Positions 43,435-52,779 of a stretch of DNA of 64,000 nucleotides are shown here, piece by piece. The position numbers were made by a program, and so were the translations under genes. A model generated the notes under the pieces. It was given only the letters and a program-made list of their open reading frames with translations. It searched no databases and had not been told where the DNA came from. Location: the NCBI GenBank assembly GCA_017634575.1, contig JAGBND010000075.1, forward strand, positions 6,399 through 70,398, given 5' to 3'. The stretch is from Bacillota bacterium (GTDB taxonomy: Bacteria; Bacillota; Clostridia; Lachnospirales; Bianqueaceae). Every line of letters begins with the position of its first letter. The stretch's first letter is position 1.

Positions 43435-44406
43435 ATGTCAGAAATTCAAAACCAGAAAAGCGCAAACTGGCAGGTGAAAGAATTTGAACTGACCTCGGGT
43501 TATGACAGATTAAAGCTGTCAGCGCTGGCGGTAGAAAGCACAAGGACTGATCAGGAAGGAAACAAAGTGCAGCCCAAGGGCGTTCTTGTCCTGGTCCATG
43601 GAATGGCCGAGCATAAAGAACGATACCTGCCTTTTATGAAGTTCATGGCTGAAAACGGATACACTTGTCTGATCCATGATCACCGCGGCCATGGAAAAAG
43701 CGTGCTTTCAGAAGATGATCTTGGTTACCTGTACAATAGAGGCGAAGACGGGATTGTCCTGGATGTGGCGCAGATGGTGGGGTACGCAAAAGCCAAATAC
43801 CACCTGCCGGTGCATCTCTTCGGTCACAGCATGGGGTCCCTGATCGTGAGGATTTATCTGCAAAAGCATGATACAGCCATTGAATCGTTAACCATCAGCG
43901 GATGCGTCGGACCAAATGCAGCTGCCGGAGTCGGGGTTAAACTGGCTTCTCTGATTGGAGCCTTTAAGGGAGAGCGTTACAGGAGTCCTTTTATGAACCA
44001 GATGGCCTTCGGGTCATACAATAAGGCTTTTCCCGATGCAGCCTCGCCTTTTGCCTGGCTTTCCGTCAACGAAGAGAATGTAAGGGCTTACGAGGAGGAT
44101 CCCCTCTGCGGTTTTAATTTTACCATCAACGGTTATAAGGCGCTGCTTACTATGGTCAAAAAATGCTATCAGACCAGCGCTTACCAGGGCTCCCATCAGG
44201 AGCTTCCTATTCTGTTTATTTCCGGAGCGGATGATCCCTGCCGCGGCGGAGAAAAGGGCTGGATGGACGCCGTGGACTTTATGAAAAATCTGGGATATGC
44301 CAAGGTCTATGCCCGGCTTCTTCCGGGCATGCGGCACGAGATTTTAAACGAAACAAAGCGGGAAGAGGTTTACGAGCTCATCCTGGAGCATATCGAGACA
44401 GCCTAA
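43435..44406 (+). CDS. alpha/beta hydrolase (lysophospholipase/monoacylglycerol-lipase-like)
   Basis: HGMAEH oxyanion region and nucleophile elbow GHSMGS. C-terminal RHEILNE provides the catalytic His context. Confidence 0.8.
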   Translation: MSEIQNQKSANWQVKEFELTSGYDRLKLSALAVESTRTDQEGNKVQPKGVLVLVHGMAEHKERYLPFMKFMAENGYTCLIHDHRGHGKSVLSEDDLGYLYNRGEDGIVLDVAQMVGYAKAKYHLPVHLFGHSMGSLIVRIYLQKHDTAIESLTISGCVGPNAAAGVGVKLASLIGAFKGERYRSPFMNQMAFGSYNKAFPDAASPFAWLSVNEENVRAYEEDPLCGFNFTINGYKALLTMVKKCYQTSAYQGSHQELPILFISGADDPCRGGEKGWMDAVDFMKNLGYAKVYARLLPGMRHEILNETKREEVYELILEHIETA

Positions 44407-44417
44407 AGCAGGATTTT

Positions 44418-44453
44418 CCCCGGCTCTTTCAAAAGTGGTTAAGAGCCGAGGGG
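44418..44453 (+). terminator. hairpin in the convergent gap (weak terminator)
   Basis: ccccggctctt-tcaaaagtggtt-aagagccg(a)gggg followed by tgtttc. The 3' arm overlaps the end of the minus-strand PHP gene. Confidence 0.35.
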
Positions 44454-45284
44454 TGTTTCAATGAGAAGGTTATCCGGGCCAAGCTCAAGAACGGACTTGA
44501 AGCCGATTTCCGCTAAGAGCGATGCCATCTGATCAAAGCCGCCGGCTATGGCAGAGGCTTCGTGACAGTCGGAAGACAGCATGACGGGAATGTGGTGCTC
44601 CAGAAGCAGCTTCAGATAATATGGATCAGGATAGGGCGTTTTTTTATAGCCCCGGATGATCCCGCCGGTGTTAACCTCCACCACCGTGCAGCCGGATTCG
44701 CAGCAGGCCAGAAGGGCCTCCGAAGAGAGACTGCGGTAGACCGGATTGGAAAGGCTGAACAGGTGCAGCGTTTCGTTGAATTTGGTGATCAGGTCAAAGT
44801 GCCCGAGAATGAGCGGCTTCTGTTCCTGCATCAGGCGGACCAGATCCCGGTAATAGGTTTTCGCGAGAAGGATGGGATCACCATGAAAGGCCTCATCCAG
44901 CATCTCCTTAAAGAGATCAACGGTATAGTCATAGGTGTAGAGCTTGCCGGAAACGGGATCCAGGTAGTCGTGGACGCTGCCGATGAGATATTCATAAGGG
45001 GAAAGGTCCATGTGTCCAAGAGAATAGTAGTCCAGCTCCAGTCCCAGACGGATTTTAATCCTGGCGCTGTAGAGCGCCTGGAGGCGGTGAACCTCATCGA
45101 TATACAGCGGAATCCCTTCTTTTGAAAGGCACCAGTCGGTGTCCGGCGGGTAGTAGGAGTGTGAAGAAAAACCAAGGGTGTGAAACCCATGGGCAATGGC
45201 GGATAAAACCATTTCCTCTGCAGAGGATGAGGCGTCGCAAAACTGCGTGTGGGTATGAGGGTTTGAGAGGACAGGTGATCTCAT
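44439..45284 (-). CDS. PHP-family histidinol-phosphatase (HisJ/HisK type)
   Basis: N-terminal NPHTHTQFCD plus SSHS and GSVHD metal-ligand motifs. 281 aa. Confidence 0.8.
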   Translation of the reverse strand: MRSPVLSNPHTHTQFCDASSSAEEMVLSAIAHGFHTLGFSSHSYYPPDTDWCLSKEGIPLYIDEVHRLQALYSARIKIRLGLELDYYSLGHMDLSPYEYLIGSVHDYLDPVSGKLYTYDYTVDLFKEMLDEAFHGDPILLAKTYYRDLVRLMQEQKPLILGHFDLITKFNETLHLFSLSNPVYRSLSSEALLACCESGCTVVEVNTGGIIRGYKKTPYPDPYYLKLLLEHHIPVMLSSDCHEASAIAGGFDQMASLLAEIGFKSVLELGPDNLLIETPLGS

Positions 45285-45355
45285 GAGCTATCTCCTTGCA
45301 GCATTTTTCATGATTTTTGTTGATTATAGAAGAACTTTCCTTGTTTTGCAAGAAC

Positions 45356-45384
45356 TTGTCAAGGTAATTAAATAATGCTATAAT
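45356..45384 (+). promoter_or_regulatory. putative promoter of the NahK-like kinase gene
   Basis: TTGTCA (45356-45361), 17 nt spacer, TATAAT (45379-45384), preceded by TGc. Confidence 0.5.
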
Positions 45385-45434
45385 ATTGCAAAATGTCCTT
45401 AATTTTAGATTGTATTTATATGTGAGGTGAAAAT

Positions 45435-46544
45435 ATGGATTTTCAGAAAATCATCGCAGAATTCGGCATAGAGGGAACGGTTGAAAGCGCATCGCCTTTC
45501 GGATCGGGTCATATCAACGACACCATGAAAATCATGGTAAACAAAGATGGTGAAAAAAAGGGTTATATCCTGCAGAGACTGAACACCACGGTGTTTCCGG
45601 ATCCGGATATTCTGATGGAAAATGGATTCAAAGTCGTTAAGCATCTGAAAAACATCATTGAAAAACGCGGTGGAGATCCTGAAAGGGAAACCCTGCGCTT
45701 CTACCGGACAGTGGATGGCAAAAGCTACTATCAGGATGAAGAAGGCAACTGCTGGAGACTGGAGGATCTGATTGAGCATACCCGGTCTTATGACCTGTGC
45801 ACATCCGAGGCGCAGTTTGAATCTACAGGCTATGCATTCGGTTCCTTTATGGCGGATCTGGCTGATTTTCCTGCGGACGAACTGGGAGAAGTGATTAAGA
45901 ACTTCCACAATACAAAAGTCCGGTTCGCAACCTTTGAGAGCGAAGTAGAGGCTAATCGTTCCGGACGGGCTGATACCTGCCAGGACGAAATCGCTTTTGC
46001 CCTTGCGCGCAAGGACCTGGCTGAGTGCCTGGTTAAACAGCTGGATGAAGGACTTCTGCCGCTGCGCGTTACCCACAATGATACAAAAATCAACAATATC
46101 TTAATGGATGACGAAACAGATCAGCCGATTTGCATCGTTGATCTGGATACCGTTATGCCCGGCGCCTGCGCCTACGACTTTGGCGACAGCATCCGCTTTG
46201 GCGCCTCCAGCGCAGAAGAGGATGAAAAGGATCTTTCCAAAGTATTCATGCGGCTGGATCTGTTTGAAGCCTACACCAGAGGCTACATGAAGGCCGTTGG
46301 CAATACCCTGACGGAGGCTGAAGCCAAAAGTCTGTCTATAGGATCCATCGTGATTACCTTTGAGACGGGCATCCGCTTCCTGGGGGACTATCTGAACGGC
46401 GATGTGTATTTTAAAACCGCCTACCCGGAGCATAACCTGGTAAGAGCCAGGACGCAGTTTAAACTTGTGGCCGATATGGAAAAGAAGCTTCCCCAGATGG
46501 AAGAGATTGTCGATCGTTACTACCGAATGGCGAAAGCAGAATAA
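45435..46544 (+). CDS. nahK: APH-family sugar kinase, N-acetylhexosamine 1-kinase (NahK)-like
   Basis: RVTHNDTKINNILMD, IVDLDTVMPG, YDFGDSIRFGASSAEEDEKDLSKV and YPEHNLVRARTQFKLV closely resemble the Bifidobacterium NahK sequence as I remember it. Confidence 0.7.
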   Translation: MDFQKIIAEFGIEGTVESASPFGSGHINDTMKIMVNKDGEKKGYILQRLNTTVFPDPDILMENGFKVVKHLKNIIEKRGGDPERETLRFYRTVDGKSYYQDEEGNCWRLEDLIEHTRSYDLCTSEAQFESTGYAFGSFMADLADFPADELGEVIKNFHNTKVRFATFESEVEANRSGRADTCQDEIAFALARKDLAECLVKQLDEGLLPLRVTHNDTKINNILMDDETDQPICIVDLDTVMPGACAYDFGDSIRFGASSAEEDEKDLSKVFMRLDLFEAYTRGYMKAVGNTLTEAEAKSLSIGSIVITFETGIRFLGDYLNGDVYFKTAYPEHNLVRARTQFKLVADMEKKLPQMEEIVDRYYRMAKAE

Positions 46545-46557
46545 AGGCGGGAAGCAA

Positions 46558-47778
46558 GTGGCTCAAAAAGGCAAGAAGGAATCCGGACCGACCCTGGAAG
46601 ATACCATATTCATTATCCGCACATTGGAAGAGGCCGGATTTGAAGCCTATGCAGTAGGAGGATGCGTCAGGGATGCGTTGCTTTTGCTGCCGGCTAAAGA
46701 TGTGGATATTACTACCTCAGCCAAACCCTGGCAGGTGAAGGCGCTCTTTGCGAAAACCTTTGATACGGGCATTGAACATGGAACGATCACGGTTCTTCTG
46801 CATGGAACAGGCTATGAGGTAACCACCTTCCGGACTGAGGATGGCTACAGCGATCATCGCAGACCGGATCATGTTTCCTATACCCTCAGCCTGGAAGAGG
46901 ATCTTTCCAGGAGAGATTTTACCATCAACGCCATGGCGTTTCACCCGGAGTCGGAGAGACTGATTGATCCATTCGGCGGAAGAGAAGACCTGGAGAACCG
47001 TTTAATCCGGTGCGTCGGAGATCCCTATGAACGCTTTGATGAGGATGCCCTTCGGATGCTTCGGGCTGTCCGTTTTGCGGCAAGACTTGGATTTACCATT
47101 GAAGATAAGACCAGGGATGCCATCCGGGCGCTTTCGCCTACGCTTCGGTATGTGAGCAAAGAGCGGATTTTTGAGGAATTAAAAAAGACCTTAATGTCGG
47201 ATCATCCATCTGTTCTGGAGCAGGCCGTTGACCTGGGGCTGTGCCCATATATGGCGCAAGGGCTGCAGGATGGGCAGAAACTGAAAATCAGCGCCCTGGA
47301 GAATACCGAAAAAGATCTGATGGTGCGTTTAGCGGTGCTTATGTCCGACCTGGGAGAAAATGAAGCCGGGAAGGTGCTGAAGGAACTTAAATCGGATAAC
47401 GATACGAGGAATGCAGTGACCCTTCTGATTGCGCATCTAAAGGATCCCCTGCCGGAGGATGGCGTGAGCATGCGTCATTTAATGGCGCTGATCGGCAAAG
47501 AAAAGGTCCCTTTTTTGCTGCAGGTAAAAAAAGGGGTTGGGCTTATAAGCCATGAGGCTTATGAAAGAACCCTTGCGCTGTGGCGTCAGGAGAGGGAAGC
47601 GCCGGTAACCCTTAAGGAACTGAGCGTTACCGGAAAGGATCTGATCCGTCAGGGAATCGGACAGGGAAAGGCTGTGGGAGAGGCGCTTCAATATCTGCTG
47701 CAGCAGGTGATAGAGGATCCCGCTAAAAATGATCCCCGGTGCCTGATTGAACTTTTGCATCAGCACTGGTATAATTAA
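46558..47778 (+). CDS. cca: CCA-adding tRNA nucleotidyltransferase
   Basis: AVGGCVRDALL...DVDITT polymerase-beta head motif and RRDFTINA motif. The GTG at 46558 follows the nahK stop; the ORF-track start at 46465 overlaps nahK. Confidence 0.85.
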   Translation: MAQKGKKESGPTLEDTIFIIRTLEEAGFEAYAVGGCVRDALLLLPAKDVDITTSAKPWQVKALFAKTFDTGIEHGTITVLLHGTGYEVTTFRTEDGYSDHRRPDHVSYTLSLEEDLSRRDFTINAMAFHPESERLIDPFGGREDLENRLIRCVGDPYERFDEDALRMLRAVRFAARLGFTIEDKTRDAIRALSPTLRYVSKERIFEELKKTLMSDHPSVLEQAVDLGLCPYMAQGLQDGQKLKISALENTEKDLMVRLAVLMSDLGENEAGKVLKELKSDNDTRNAVTLLIAHLKDPLPEDGVSMRHLMALIGKEKVPFLLQVKKGVGLISHEAYERTLALWRQEREAPVTLKELSVTGKDLIRQGIGQGKAVGEALQYLLQQVIEDPAKNDPRCLIELLHQHWYN

Positions 47779-47810
47779 TAAGAAATAAAATACAAGATCG
47801 AGGAGAGTCA

Positions 47811-50045
47811 ATGGGTAGTTCGGACGATAAAAGACGAAGAGAAATAGAAGAGTGGGATCTGGATGCGCTCTTCTACGAAAAAGAAAAAGAAGTTGAAGAA
47901 GCTGAGTCTAAGAATGCGCTGGCTAAAGCAAAATACCAGGCAAGAAACAGGGTCAGCTCGGATTCTTATGAGGTTAAAAAGAATATTTCCAGAAGATCGC
48001 CTTCTCAGGAGGAAGTGGATCTTCCTGCCATGGATGATTTTATGAAAGAAAATGCCCAGGAGAATGGGGCTTCATCCGGCGTCCATTTGACCTCGCTGGA
48101 ACCGGAAGCTGCTTTCGAAAAAGCGGCGCTGATCCAGCCGGAGCCGTCTTTCGAGGTTCCGGCCGCTCCGGCTGCTCCGGAAATGCCTTCGGAAGATGCG
48201 CCTCTTCAAGGGACGGATGGCGCGACAAAGCCTGGATTTGATGCCTATAATGGCCCCTACGACTACGACTATGATGCGCAGGATACCACCTATCAGCCGG
48301 AGGCGCCCTTGCAGAATCCGGTCTCGCCGGAGCCCGCTGCGGCAGTGAATCCTGAAACCCCCGGACAAGAGGGGCGCAAAGAGCCCAAAAGATCTTCCGG
48401 CTCCGGCAAAGTGTCCAGAAAGAACGCTGAAGAAAACCGCCAGAAAAGGGAAATGGCCCGCCGTTTGGAGGAAGAGGAGGAAGAGGAAGAAAAGGCTGCA
48501 AGGAAAAAACAGTGGATCCTTTATGGCAGCCTGGGCGCTGTGATTTTGATTCTGCTGGCGCTGATTGTAGTTCTGCTGCTGACAGAAAATACAAATCCTG
48601 GAAAAGGAGAATCCTCTGTCCAAAGCATGCCGGTTTCTGAAAGCTCCGTTAAGCAGGATCTGCAGACACTGAGCGGCGTCGTTACCCGGATTGATCAGGA
48701 ATCGGGCACCTTCCTGGTTTACAATGCCCAGACCAGGGTTGAAAAGAGCTTTACCGTTTCTGCGCAGGCAGCCCAGTCTGTCGGCTTTTCATCGCTGAAG
48801 GTCGGCGATATTATTGATCTGACATATGATGCGCAAAACAGCAATGCGCCCACAAAGATCGTTGCCGCCGGCAAGAAAACGGTTCTGAAGGACATTGATA
48901 ATGTCAATCTGTCACAGGTTTCTCAGATTTCCTATAAAGATCAGATTTACAAGCTGGACGATCAGACCGTGATCCTTTATCAGGGCAAACCATACGATAA
49001 AGAAAAGGTCACGAAGACCACCGTTTTTGATGCGGAAGTCGTTGGAGACCATATTTATACCATCCGCATTTCAGCTGCCGCAGGCACCTTTATTATGGAA
49101 AACCTGAAAGACTATGAGGGCGCGACCGTGGAGCTGGTTCCTGCCGGAGCCGACAAAATCGAGCTGAAGATTACGGATACCACCCTGAAAACGGAGGTTC
49201 CGGAGGGCTCTTTGGAGGTCACGGTGACCCTGGATGGAGAAAAGGTTTATACCGGAAAGAGCTTTGTAACAGCCGGTCAGGACAACAAGCTGAGACTTCC
49301 CAACCTGGAAGCGAAGAAGGGCAAGGTTGTCTTTGACTGTACGGTTCCCGAAGGCGTGAACGTAATCGTCACCGTTGACGGACGCACCTACGCGACCGGG
49401 CAGGAAATCGATTTCGAATATGGTGATTATAAAGCCACATTCAAGGCTGACGGCTATACGGAAGTAAATACGGAGTTTAAGGTTTCCCAGCCTTATCAGC
49501 AGGTTTCGGCTTCTTTGAAGAAACAGATGGTCAAGGTTGTGGTTTCCTCCGTTCCGGCCGGCGCTACTTTGTACATTAACGGCGTTTACGAGAACAGTAT
49601 CGGATCCTCCGGCCTTTCTCTGGAACTTGATTTTGGCCAGTATGACCTGACCGCTTATCTGGAAGGCTATGAAGCCCAGTACCGTAATCTGAATCTGGAC
49701 AAGGATTCCGGTACCGTGGAGGTGATTTTCTACATGGTTGAACTGCCTAAGGAAGAAAGCTCCGAATCCAGCGCGCCTGTGGAAGAAAGCTCAGTTGCAC
49801 CGGTAGAGTCACAGCCGGTAGAGTCGCAGCCTGTGGAATCACAGCCTGCAGAGTCACAGCCTGTGGAATCACAGCCGGTAGAGTCACAGCCTGTGGAATC
49901 GCAGCCGGTAGAATCACAACCGGTGGAATCGCAGCCTGTCGAATCGCAGCCCGTTGAGGAAACCCCTTCCGAGCCTGAAACACAAACCCCTGAAGAATCT
50001 CCTTCAAATGAGGAGACGCAGCAGCAAGAACAGACCGGAGAATAA
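47811..50045 (+). CDS. single-pass membrane protein with a disordered acidic N-terminal region, extracytoplasmic PEGA-like domains and a C-terminal (PVESQ)n repeat
   Basis: TM segment WILYGSLGAVILILLALIVVLLL at about aa 237-260, PEGA-like VSSVPAGATLYINGV, and a poly-E stretch EEEEEEEEK. Confidence 0.7.
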   Translation: MGSSDDKRRREIEEWDLDALFYEKEKEVEEAESKNALAKAKYQARNRVSSDSYEVKKNISRRSPSQEEVDLPAMDDFMKENAQENGASSGVHLTSLEPEAAFEKAALIQPEPSFEVPAAPAAPEMPSEDAPLQGTDGATKPGFDAYNGPYDYDYDAQDTTYQPEAPLQNPVSPEPAAAVNPETPGQEGRKEPKRSSGSGKVSRKNAEENRQKREMARRLEEEEEEEEKAARKKQWILYGSLGAVILILLALIVVLLLTENTNPGKGESSVQSMPVSESSVKQDLQTLSGVVTRIDQESGTFLVYNAQTRVEKSFTVSAQAAQSVGFSSLKVGDIIDLTYDAQNSNAPTKIVAAGKKTVLKDIDNVNLSQVSQISYKDQIYKLDDQTVILYQGKPYDKEKVTKTTVFDAEVVGDHIYTIRISAAAGTFIMENLKDYEGATVELVPAGADKIELKITDTTLKTEVPEGSLEVTVTLDGEKVYTGKSFVTAGQDNKLRLPNLEAKKGKVVFDCTVPEGVNVIVTVDGRTYATGQEIDFEYGDYKATFKADGYTEVNTEFKVSQPYQQVSASLKKQMVKVVVSSVPAGATLYINGVYENSIGSSGLSLELDFGQYDLTAYLEGYEAQYRNLNLDKDSGTVEVIFYMVELPKEESSESSAPVEESSVAPVESQPVESQPVESQPAESQPVESQPVESQPVESQPVESQPVESQPVESQPVEETPSEPETQTPEESPSNEETQQQEQTGE
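49800..49958 (+). repeat. in-frame 15-bp tandem repeat, 10.6 copies, encoding (P-V-E-S-Q)n
   Basis: Units start at 49800, 49815 ... 49935, plus a partial unit. Units differ almost only at synonymous positions (ccg gta gag tca cag versus cct gtg gaa tcg cag); one unit encodes PAESQ. Confidence 0.95.
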
Positions 50046-50074
50046 AACGGATCTGATTCAGAAAGGAGAGAAAA

Positions 50075-51763
50075 GTGTCTGATTATTTGGAAAGATACCA
50101 ACAGTGGCTGGATAATTCAGCAATCGATGAAGAAACGAAAGAAGAGCTTCGGCTGATCGCAGACGATCCCAAGGAGATCGAAGAACGGTTTTACAGGGAT
50201 CTGGAATTCGGCACAGGAGGACTTCGGGGCGTGATCGCTGCCGGAACCAACCGGATGAATGTCTATACCGTGCGCCGGGCTACACAGGGTCTGGTGAATT
50301 ATCTCATCAAGAAAGATCCCGCTGCCAGAGAAAAGGGAATCGCCATTGCCTATGATTCCAGACATAAATCAGACATTTTTGCCAGAGAAACCGCTGCCGT
50401 CGCCAATGGAAACGGCATGAAGGCCTATGTATTTGAATCGCTGCGTCCAACCCCTGAGCTTTCCTTTGCCATCCGGTATCTTGGATGCAAAGGCGGCGTG
50501 GTGCTTACGGCCAGTCATAACCCTTCCAAGTATAATGGATACAAAGCCTACTGGGAGGACGGCTGTCAGGTGCCGCCTCCAATGGACAGTGAGATTATCG
50601 AAGAAGTCGATAAGGTTGATCTGTTTGACGGCGTCAAGGTGATGCCGAGAGAGGAAGCTGAAAAAGCCGGCCTTTATATTGAAATCGGAGCCGAGATTGA
50701 TGCGCGTTTTATTGCAGCAACCACCGACTGCCTGATCGACAAAGAAGCGGTGAAGCAATATGGCGGCGATTTGAAGATTATTTACACTCCGCTGCACGGC
50801 GCCGGCCGGATGCCGGTTACCCGCGCGCTTCAGGAGGCAGGCTTCTCACAGGTGCATGTGGTTCCCTCTCAGGCTGAACCAGACGGAGATTTCCCGACCT
50901 GCCCCTATCCGAATCCGGAGGTTCCTTCCGTTTTCGAACCCGGCATGAAGCTCTGCGAAGAGATCGGCGGCGATATTCTGATTGCGACCGATCCGGATGC
51001 AGACCGCATGGGCGTTATGGTAAAGACGGCTGACGGATTCCGTCTTTTCAACGGCAACATGACCGGATGCCTTCTCCTGGCCTATATGCTGGAAGCCAGA
51101 AAGAAAACAGGCACCCTTAAGGGGGATGAGTTTGTTGTCAAGACAATTGTTTCTACGGAAATGGCAAGACCGATCACGCAGGCGTACGGCATAGAGCTTC
51201 GGGAGGTTTTGACCGGCTTTAAATATATCGGACAGCAGATCACCCTTTCCGAGCAGAGCGGCAGCGGCAGATATCTGTTCGGATTTGAAGAGAGCTTTGG
51301 CGCGCTTTGCGGCACCTATGCCAGAGACAAGGACTCCGTCAGCGCAGCTCTTTTGATCAGCGAGATGGCGGCGATCTACAAGGCAAAAGGTCTTACCCTT
51401 GTGGACGCGCTGGAGCAGCTGTATCAGAAATATGGCTATTTTAAAGAAACATTGGTTTCTCTGACCTTTGAGGGAATTGAAGGCGTAGAAAAAATCCGCA
51501 GCCTGATGGAAGAGCTTAGACAGCATCCGAAAGAGAGCTATGCCGGGCTGAAGGTCCTGGAGGTTAAGGATTATTCCTCCGGCATCGATGGCCTGCCGAA
51601 GAGCAATGTGCTGCGCTTTACGCTGGAGAATAACTGCTGGTTCTGCGCGCGTCCATCCGGAACCGAACCTAAGATTAAATTCTATTTCGGCGTAAAGGCA
51701 GACAGCGAAGAAGAAGCCGCTCAGCTGGCGGAGAAACTGCAGGCTGCTGCCCTGCCGGAGTGA
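50075..51763 (+). CDS. alpha-D-phosphohexomutase (phosphoglucomutase/phosphomannomutase, PgcA-like)
   Basis: Active-site TASHNPSKYNGYK, metal loop ATDPDADR and sugar loop GFEESFG. GTG start. Confidence 0.9.
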   Translation: MSDYLERYQQWLDNSAIDEETKEELRLIADDPKEIEERFYRDLEFGTGGLRGVIAAGTNRMNVYTVRRATQGLVNYLIKKDPAAREKGIAIAYDSRHKSDIFARETAAVANGNGMKAYVFESLRPTPELSFAIRYLGCKGGVVLTASHNPSKYNGYKAYWEDGCQVPPPMDSEIIEEVDKVDLFDGVKVMPREEAEKAGLYIEIGAEIDARFIAATTDCLIDKEAVKQYGGDLKIIYTPLHGAGRMPVTRALQEAGFSQVHVVPSQAEPDGDFPTCPYPNPEVPSVFEPGMKLCEEIGGDILIATDPDADRMGVMVKTADGFRLFNGNMTGCLLLAYMLEARKKTGTLKGDEFVVKTIVSTEMARPITQAYGIELREVLTGFKYIGQQITLSEQSGSGRYLFGFEESFGALCGTYARDKDSVSAALLISEMAAIYKAKGLTLVDALEQLYQKYGYFKETLVSLTFEGIEGVEKIRSLMEELRQHPKESYAGLKVLEVKDYSSGIDGLPKSNVLRFTLENNCWFCARPSGTEPKIKFYFGVKADSEEEAAQLAEKLQAAALPE

Positions 51764-51794
51764 CGGGAACGGCACAAGTCATAAATCCAATATG

Positions 51795-51869
51795 AAAAGA
51801 GCTGATCTTTCGTAACTGTTCAGGAACAAAGCGCCTGAACAGTTACGATGTTTTTAGATCAGCTCTTTT
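51795..51869 (+). terminator. two-tier nested hairpin; the inner stem plus T-run is the likely terminator
   Basis: Outer stem aaaagagctgatct (51795-51808) pairs with agatcagctctttt (51856-51869). Inner stem cgtaactgttcagg (51811-51824) pairs with cctgaacagttacg (51834-51847) and is followed by atgttttt. Confidence 0.7.
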
Positions 51870-51895
51870 AAAAGAAAGGTAGCCCCACAAGGTAT

Positions 51896-52777
51896 ATGGA
51901 AAGCCTATTCATAGAAGCACATGGAAAAATCAATCTGATACTGGAAGTTGGAAATCTCAGGCCGGATGGATTTCATGAGGTATCCATGCTGATGCAGGAG
52001 GTGGAGCTTGCGGACACCATCCGGCTTACCCCGCTTAGCGAGGCGCATGCAGACAATATTTGCCGCTGCAGCATTTCGGAGCTTTCAGGAAAAGACAATC
52101 TTGCCTGTAAGGCGGCGGATTTGATGAGAAAGCAATTCCGGCTTCCTCCTGTTTGTATTGAGATCGAAAAAAGAATTCCCATCGCCGCGGGTATGGGAGG
52201 CGGAAGCTCAGATGCCGCAGCAGTCATTGAGGGAATGAATCGTCTGTATAATCTTTCTCTTTCCCTGGAAGAGAAGGAAAAACTGGGCGCTTTGCTCGGA
52301 TCGGATATTCCCTTCTTCTTTACCGGAGGGACCGCGATTGCCTGTGGAAGAGGAGAGGTGATTAAACCCTGTCCGGATATCAGGGAAATGCCGGTTCTGC
52401 TTGTGAAACCGGATTTTGGCATTTCCACACCGGAATCTTACCGCATGTTTGACCCTCAGACGGCTGAAGACGGGCCGGATTTATCAAAGCCTATGCCTTC
52501 TCTGGAAGACATGGACGCAGAACGCATGTCTTCGTTAATGATGAATCATCTGGAAAAGGCAGCCATCTTGTCTCACCCGATTATTGAAGAGATTAAAGCC
52601 TCCATGCTTCGCTGCGGAGCGCGCGGGGCTATGATGACCGGATCCGGGCCTACGGTATTCGCCATTTACCAGGACTTTGATACGGCTAAAGAGGCTGAAG
52701 ATGCCATCAGGCAGATGTATCCTGCTTATCAGTGTGTGCTTACAAAAACAAAGAAGCGCGTGGAAAAAGGAGCTTGA
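51896..52777 (+). CDS. ispE: 4-diphosphocytidyl-2-C-methyl-D-erythritol kinase
   Basis: GHMP kinase motif PIAAGMGGGSSDAAAV with an N-terminal KINL context. Confidence 0.9.
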   Translation: MESLFIEAHGKINLILEVGNLRPDGFHEVSMLMQEVELADTIRLTPLSEAHADNICRCSISELSGKDNLACKAADLMRKQFRLPPVCIEIEKRIPIAAGMGGGSSDAAAVIEGMNRLYNLSLSLEEKEKLGALLGSDIPFFFTGGTAIACGRGEVIKPCPDIREMPVLLVKPDFGISTPESYRMFDPQTAEDGPDLSKPMPSLEDMDAERMSSLMMNHLEKAAILSHPIIEEIKASMLRCGARGAMMTGSGPTVFAIYQDFDTAKEAEDAIRQMYPAYQCVLTKTKKRVEKGA

Positions 52778-52779
52778 GT

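Noticed and set aside
49800-49958. Possible CRISPR array or non-coding satellite suggested by the regular short repeat.
   Set aside because: The period is 15 bp with no spacers. The repeat is in frame within a long ORF, and variation is synonymous. It is a coding peptide repeat, not a CRISPR array.
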